A stretch of 64,000 nucleotides of DNA. Source: Chiloscyllium plagiosum (Eukaryota). Within the stretch, counting starts at the first letter, position 1, and each line of letters begins with the position of its first letter. Location of the stretch: the NCBI RefSeq assembly GCF_004010195.1, contig NC_057754.1, positions 5,302,228 through 5,366,227 of the forward strand, in the 5' to 3' direction. The notes under the pieces were generated by a model that was not told the DNA's origin, did not search any database, and was given only the letters and a program-made list of their open reading frames with translations. Below are positions 61,001 through 64,000 of the stretch, one piece after another. Position numbers and translations under genes: made by a program.

Positions 61001-62028
61001 TCCCCAGGCTCCAACGTGAGCGACGTTTCTCCATCGAAGGTACACTGTTATTGGCGCTGACGTTCCCATTTCTCCATTCCCCCCCCCCCCCCCCCCCACA
61101 GACATGGAGACCCTGCGAACGTCATTCGCTGCTATTGGGAAAGGATGTCTCGCAACGGCGTTCAGCTGCTGCTATCTCCATGCTGGTGAACTCTACCCAA
61201 CTGTGGTCAGGTGGGTTCTCCTGTTCTGCGCAACCACTGAGGCCAGCAAAACTGGACTGAGAGATCGAGTGACATTCTTGGGGCAAAAGATAGAAAGATG
61301 CTGAGATAGAGGATCAGTGTGAGCAGCATTCAAAAACACTTTGCCATTAAGATGCATACGGTAGGGCTCCCTGAATGGTCTCTGGATAAAGAAGCTGCTT
61401 AATGCACTGCTGGGCCTTCACAGAATAGATGTATCAAAGCCAGGATGTGCCTTATGCTATACATAGGAACAGGAGTAGGCCATTCAGCCCATTGAGCCTG
61501 ATGATCATCACCTCAATGCATCTCCCTGCACCACATCCCCATTCCTTAACATCACCAGCCTCCAGAGACCTGCCTCAAACCTACTTAATTGTTGGGCAAA
61601 TGGGGTGCTCAGTGCTACTGGAACGAAAATATACAAGTCCTGGACAGCAGGTGAGAAAGTTGTCAGATAAGGCTGCAATAACTACCAGGGTCTTGCCAGG
61701 GTGAACTGGACAAGGTCCTCGCTAATGCTCGGAGATTATGGTAAGCGGGTGTCAGCACCTTCATAACAATGGGATGGGGGCAACAATCTAGCAACAGCCT
61801 CTGATTCTCTGCTTGCCTCTGTAGGCAGACAGGAATGGGTCTCGTGACCACCATGGCCCGCATCGGAGCGATGGTGGCACCGGTTGTGAAAATAACGGGC
61901 GATTACGTTGCGTTTCTGCCGATGGCGACCTACGGCGGCATGGCGATAATCTCCGGAATTGCCGGCTTTCTGCTTCCGGAGACTCTCAATGTCCCACTGC
62001 CAGACACCATCGAGGAGGTGGAGAACAG
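34822..62028 (+). CDS. SLC22A6-like: SLC22 organic anion transporter (OAT1/SLC22A6-like), 9 coding exons, 3'-partial: join(34822-35226,42803-42906,46807-46961,47647-47815,53733-53856,57520-57635,58415-58629,61102-61210,61825-62028)
   Basis: All introns are GT-AG and phases are compatible, giving 1601 nt with no stop. Motifs: MGFADILERVGSVGRFQ, TIVSE|WDLVC, LSDRFGRR, EW, PESARWL, FAYYGL, VDIPAK, ELYPTVVRQTGMG, LPET..LPDTIEEVE. Exon sizes 104/155/169/124/116/215/109/204 match the typical OAT-type layout as I recall it. The exact paralog is not resolvable without a phylogeny. Confidence 0.93.
36577..38145 (+). repeat. 53-bp tandem array (~29-30 units) inside an HE1/V-SINE copy, SLC22 intron 1
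   Basis: Same unit; SINE head at ~36470 and tail to ~38270. Confidence 0.95.
39261..39600 (+). repeat. 53-bp tandem array (~6 units) inside an HE1/V-SINE copy (~39105-39720)
   Basis: tRNA-derived head with A box (TGGCTCAGTGG) and B box (GGTTCAATCCC), V-domain core, array, LINE-like tail. Confidence 0.92.
40754..41460 (-). mobile_element. CR1 3' fragment inserted into a minus-strand SINE (~40505-41515)
   Basis: KLETVQKRFARMLP; SINE halves flank it. Confidence 0.85.
41540..41870 (+). mobile_element. Second tRNA-headed SINE family (other copies ~18190-18550, 20745-21060, 43990-44550, 53350-53620, 63240-63570)
   Basis: B-box GAGTTCAAATCCC; shared body GGCCTACATGTGACTCCAGACCCACAGCAATGTGG. Confidence 0.7.
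42803..42906 (+). CDS. SLC22A6-like: SLC22 exon 2
   Basis: tttttgacag|[35 protein letters not shown]|gtaagg, 104 nt. Confidence 0.95.
42945..43001. repeat. (CT)n microsatellite just after SLC22 exon 2
   Basis: Direct reading. Confidence 0.9.
43055..43440 (-). mobile_element. Penelope-like 3' fragment
   Basis: QRLEEECLTFHLGTLQPHGINVD, resembling the GIY-YIG C-terminus; related fragment at ~60540-61010 (+). Confidence 0.6.
44841..46380 (+). repeat. 53-bp tandem array (~29 units) inside an HE1/V-SINE copy, SLC22 intron 2
   Basis: Period confirmed, e.g. GTTAGGG at 45541 and 45594. Confidence 0.95.
46807..46961 (+). CDS. SLC22A6-like: SLC22 exon 3
   Basis: ttgacag|FGRRSLLLWSHFQMAVSGTCAAFS...RFLCGMALSGIILNIFCL|gtacgt, 155 nt. 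Confidence 0.95.
47647..47815 (+). CDS. SLC22A6-like: SLC22 exon 4
   Basis: cctccag|SLEWIPMRVRTMVSTYFNYSYTFGQLILAGIAFAIRDWRWLQFTVAVPFYIFFLSSW|gtaaag, 169 nt. Confidence 0.95.
47900..49260. mobile_element. Cluster of CR1 3' fragments of several subfamilies in SLC22 intron 4
   Basis: TRGHRFKV / FFT.RVV..WN tails on both strands. Confidence 0.8.
50785..51074 (-). mobile_element. LTR fragment of the same family as 21.7-22.3 kb
   Basis: Shares GAGCTGGCCACACCC..CCAGGCTGCTTCTATTGTTCCAACT and ends GCATTGTGACA. Confidence 0.7.
53733..53856 (+). CDS. SLC22A6-like: SLC22 exon 5
   Basis: cccatag|WFPESARWLILNGKADVALKHLKRVAKLNRKEEDGEKLTTA|gtaagt, 124 nt. Confidence 0.93.
53930..54160 (+). mobile_element. 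Old DeuSINE-like (SacSINE1/AmnSINE-type) fragment; tail-like piece at ~55090-55245
   Basis: CACTTCCAGTGCAGT...TTAACCTGAAGCCCCGTCTGCCC...AAAAGATTCCACAATGCTATTTTGAA resembles the Deu core from memory. Confidence 0.5.
57520..57635 (+). CDS. SLC22A6-like: SLC22 exon 6
   Basis: ttcccaaag|VLKSSMEKEISNVKGKYSVLDLFKTPVMCKTAYCTMLVW|gtaagt, 116 nt. Confidence 0.93.
57650..58140 (+). mobile_element. CR1 3' fragment starting ~15 nt after the SLC22 exon 6 donor
   Basis: FIGQGIEY..DVMLQLYKTLVRPHL. Confidence 0.85.
58415..58629 (+). CDS. SLC22A6-like: SLC22 exon 7
   Basis: ctctgccag|[37 protein letters not shown]...IGRRFTQ...NILIPK|gtgagg, 215 nt. Confidence 0.95.
61102..61210 (+). CDS. SLC22A6-like: SLC22 exon 8
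   Basis: poly-C acag|DMETLRTSFAAIGKGCLATAFSCCYLHAGELYPTVVR|gtgggt, 109 nt. Confidence 0.95.
61825..62028 (+). CDS. SLC22A6-like: SLC22 exon 9
   Basis: ctctgtag|QTGMGLVTTMARIGAMVAPVV...LLPETLNVPLPDTIEEVENR|gtctgt, 204 nt; final exon not found in the window. Confidence 0.95.
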
Positions 62029-62299
62029 GTCTGTAACTCCTAGCAATTTTCTCTTTGATTTGCATTGTTGGTTGACCTACGGATAACATGCCATTCATTG
62101 GAGAATATTGGCCTCCCCACACTTAAGCCATCGTGTTGACTGACACTCCCAATTCCCACCACTCCAGGTTCTCCAACAGATCACCCTGTCTGGAACTACT
62201 CATCAGGGATTCAGAGCGGTTTCCCTCTAACTGTGACCTTGATACCTTTACTCTCTTAGCAACTTTTTAGACAGTTGACCACACCACATCACGGACGTT

Positions 62300-63170
62300 C
62301 GATCTGGATAAATGCGAGATATTGCATTTTGGTACAACAATCAGGGGCAGGGCTTATACCATTAATGGTAGGGCCTTGGGTAGTGTTGTAGAACAGTGGG
62401 ACCCAGGGATGCAGGTACATCATTCTTTGAAGTTTGCAACACTTATAGACAGGGCAGTCAAAAATGCATTTGGCACATTTGCCTTCATTGCCCAGTCCTT
62501 TGAGTACATGAGTTGGGACATCATGTTGAGTTTATACAGGACATTGATGAGGCGTCTTCTGGAATACCATGCCCAGTTCAGGTGGCCCAGTTATAGGAAG
62601 AATATTATTAAGTTGTATAGGGTTCAGAAGAGATTTACCAGGATGTTGTTGGGTATGGAACGTTTGATTTATAAAGAAAGGCTGAGACTTTTTTCACTGG
62701 AGCGTAGGAGGTTGAGAGGTGACATTATAGAGGTTGATAAAATAGTGAGGGGTATGGATAGAGTTAATGGTAGCTGTCGTTTCCCCACAGTGGGGGATTT
62801 CAAGAGTAGGGGAATCGTTTTTTTAAGGTGAGAGAGGAGAGATTTAAAAAAGACATGAGGAGCAACCTTTTTATACACAGGGTGGCTCATGTGCGGAATG
62901 AACGTCCTGAGGAAGTGGTGGAAGTGGGTACAGTAATAAGGTTTAAAAGACATCCAGATAAGTACATGAATAGGAAAGATTTGATAGTCATACAGCACGG
63001 AAACAGACCCTTCGGTCTAACCAGCCCATGCCACATAATCCCAAACTGAACTAATCCCACCTGCCTGCGTGGAGGGATATGGGTCAGGCAGGTGGGACTA
63101 GTTTAGTTTGGGATTATGGTTGGCACGGACTGGTTGGGCCGAAGGAACTGTTTCCGTGATATATGACTCT
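62300..63170 (+). mobile_element. CR1 3' fragment with a short inverted tail copy inside it
   Basis: ORF 62322-62831; inverted tail 62987-63068. Confidence 0.85.
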
Positions 63171-64000
63171 CTCACTTGGTTTCTACTCTCCAGCTCAGTA
63201 CACTTTGTTCACTCTTAGCTGGGCAACTTCATCTTTTTTCCTTCATGTGGGGAGGGGGGTCACTGTGTTTGTTGCCCACCCTTAATTGCCCCTGAACTGG
63301 GTTGGGCATTTCAGGGAGCATGTTCTTGTCAATCACATTACTGTGGACTGGGAATCACATGCAGTTCAGACCAGCTGAGGATGGCAGGATTCCTTCCCTG
63401 AAGGACATTATTGAGCGTAATGTGTTCTTACAACAATCGATAGAAGTTTCCGAGTCACCATAAGTGATTTTGTTTGTTGAATTTAAGCTCCACAAGTTGT
63501 TTTGGCGAGATTTGAACCTATAATCCCCAAAGCCTCAGCTGGCTTCTCGGGATTACCAGCAACATCATCACGACACCGTCAGCTCCCAGTCCCATACAAC
63601 ATTACTTCTGAAGGCACTCAACGATATTCCTGGGCCCCTCCTCTTCCTCATCCACGTGTAGGACGTGAGGTGAATTCCAGGTGTATGTTGAATTCACCAG
63701 CCCTCTTGGTACTGCCTTAGTGTTACCAGAATGCTTGGCTAACCTCTGTCCTTGGGGGACAGAATTTCTCTGAGTTGAACAATAGGAAGTTGAAAGTATT
63801 TGAGTCATAGAGATGTGCAGCATGGAAACAGACCCTTTAATCCAACTCGTGCATTCCAACAGATATTCTAAACTAACCTAGTACCATTTGCCAGCACTTG
63901 ACACATATCCCTCCAAACCCTTCCTATTCATGTACCCAATCACATACCTTTTAAATGCTGTCATTGTACCAGCCTCCACCATTTCGTCTGGCAGCTCATT

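Overview
Repeat-dense vertebrate genomic DNA, most likely from a shark or another cartilaginous fish, judging by HE1/V-SINE-type SINEs, CR1/HER1-type LINE tails and Penelope-like elements. It has four N gaps; one is exactly 500 N and probably a scaffolding placeholder. Two spliced protein-coding genes can be reconstructed on the + strand. (1) The first three coding exons of a secreted ependymin-like protein (2166-13870); its remaining exons are not visible. (2) Nine exons of an SLC22 organic anion transporter (OAT1/SLC22A6-like, 34822-62028) with an intact frame; the last exon lies beyond the window. The rest is mostly retroelement debris: many CR1 fragments, two or three SINE families, a Rex1/Babar fragment, an internally deleted Gypsy/Gmr1-like LTR element with intact termini and target-site duplication (TSD), a solo LTR carrying a hAT MITE, and an inverted Penelope dimer flanked by a 13-bp direct repeat with hammerhead-ribozyme motifs at both ends. 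The most unusual patterns are 53-bp TTAGGG-containing minisatellites expanded inside five same-orientation SINE copies, the ribozyme-bearing inverted Penelope insertion, and scattered exon-like unique segments on the minus strand. All calls were read by eye; no database search was run.
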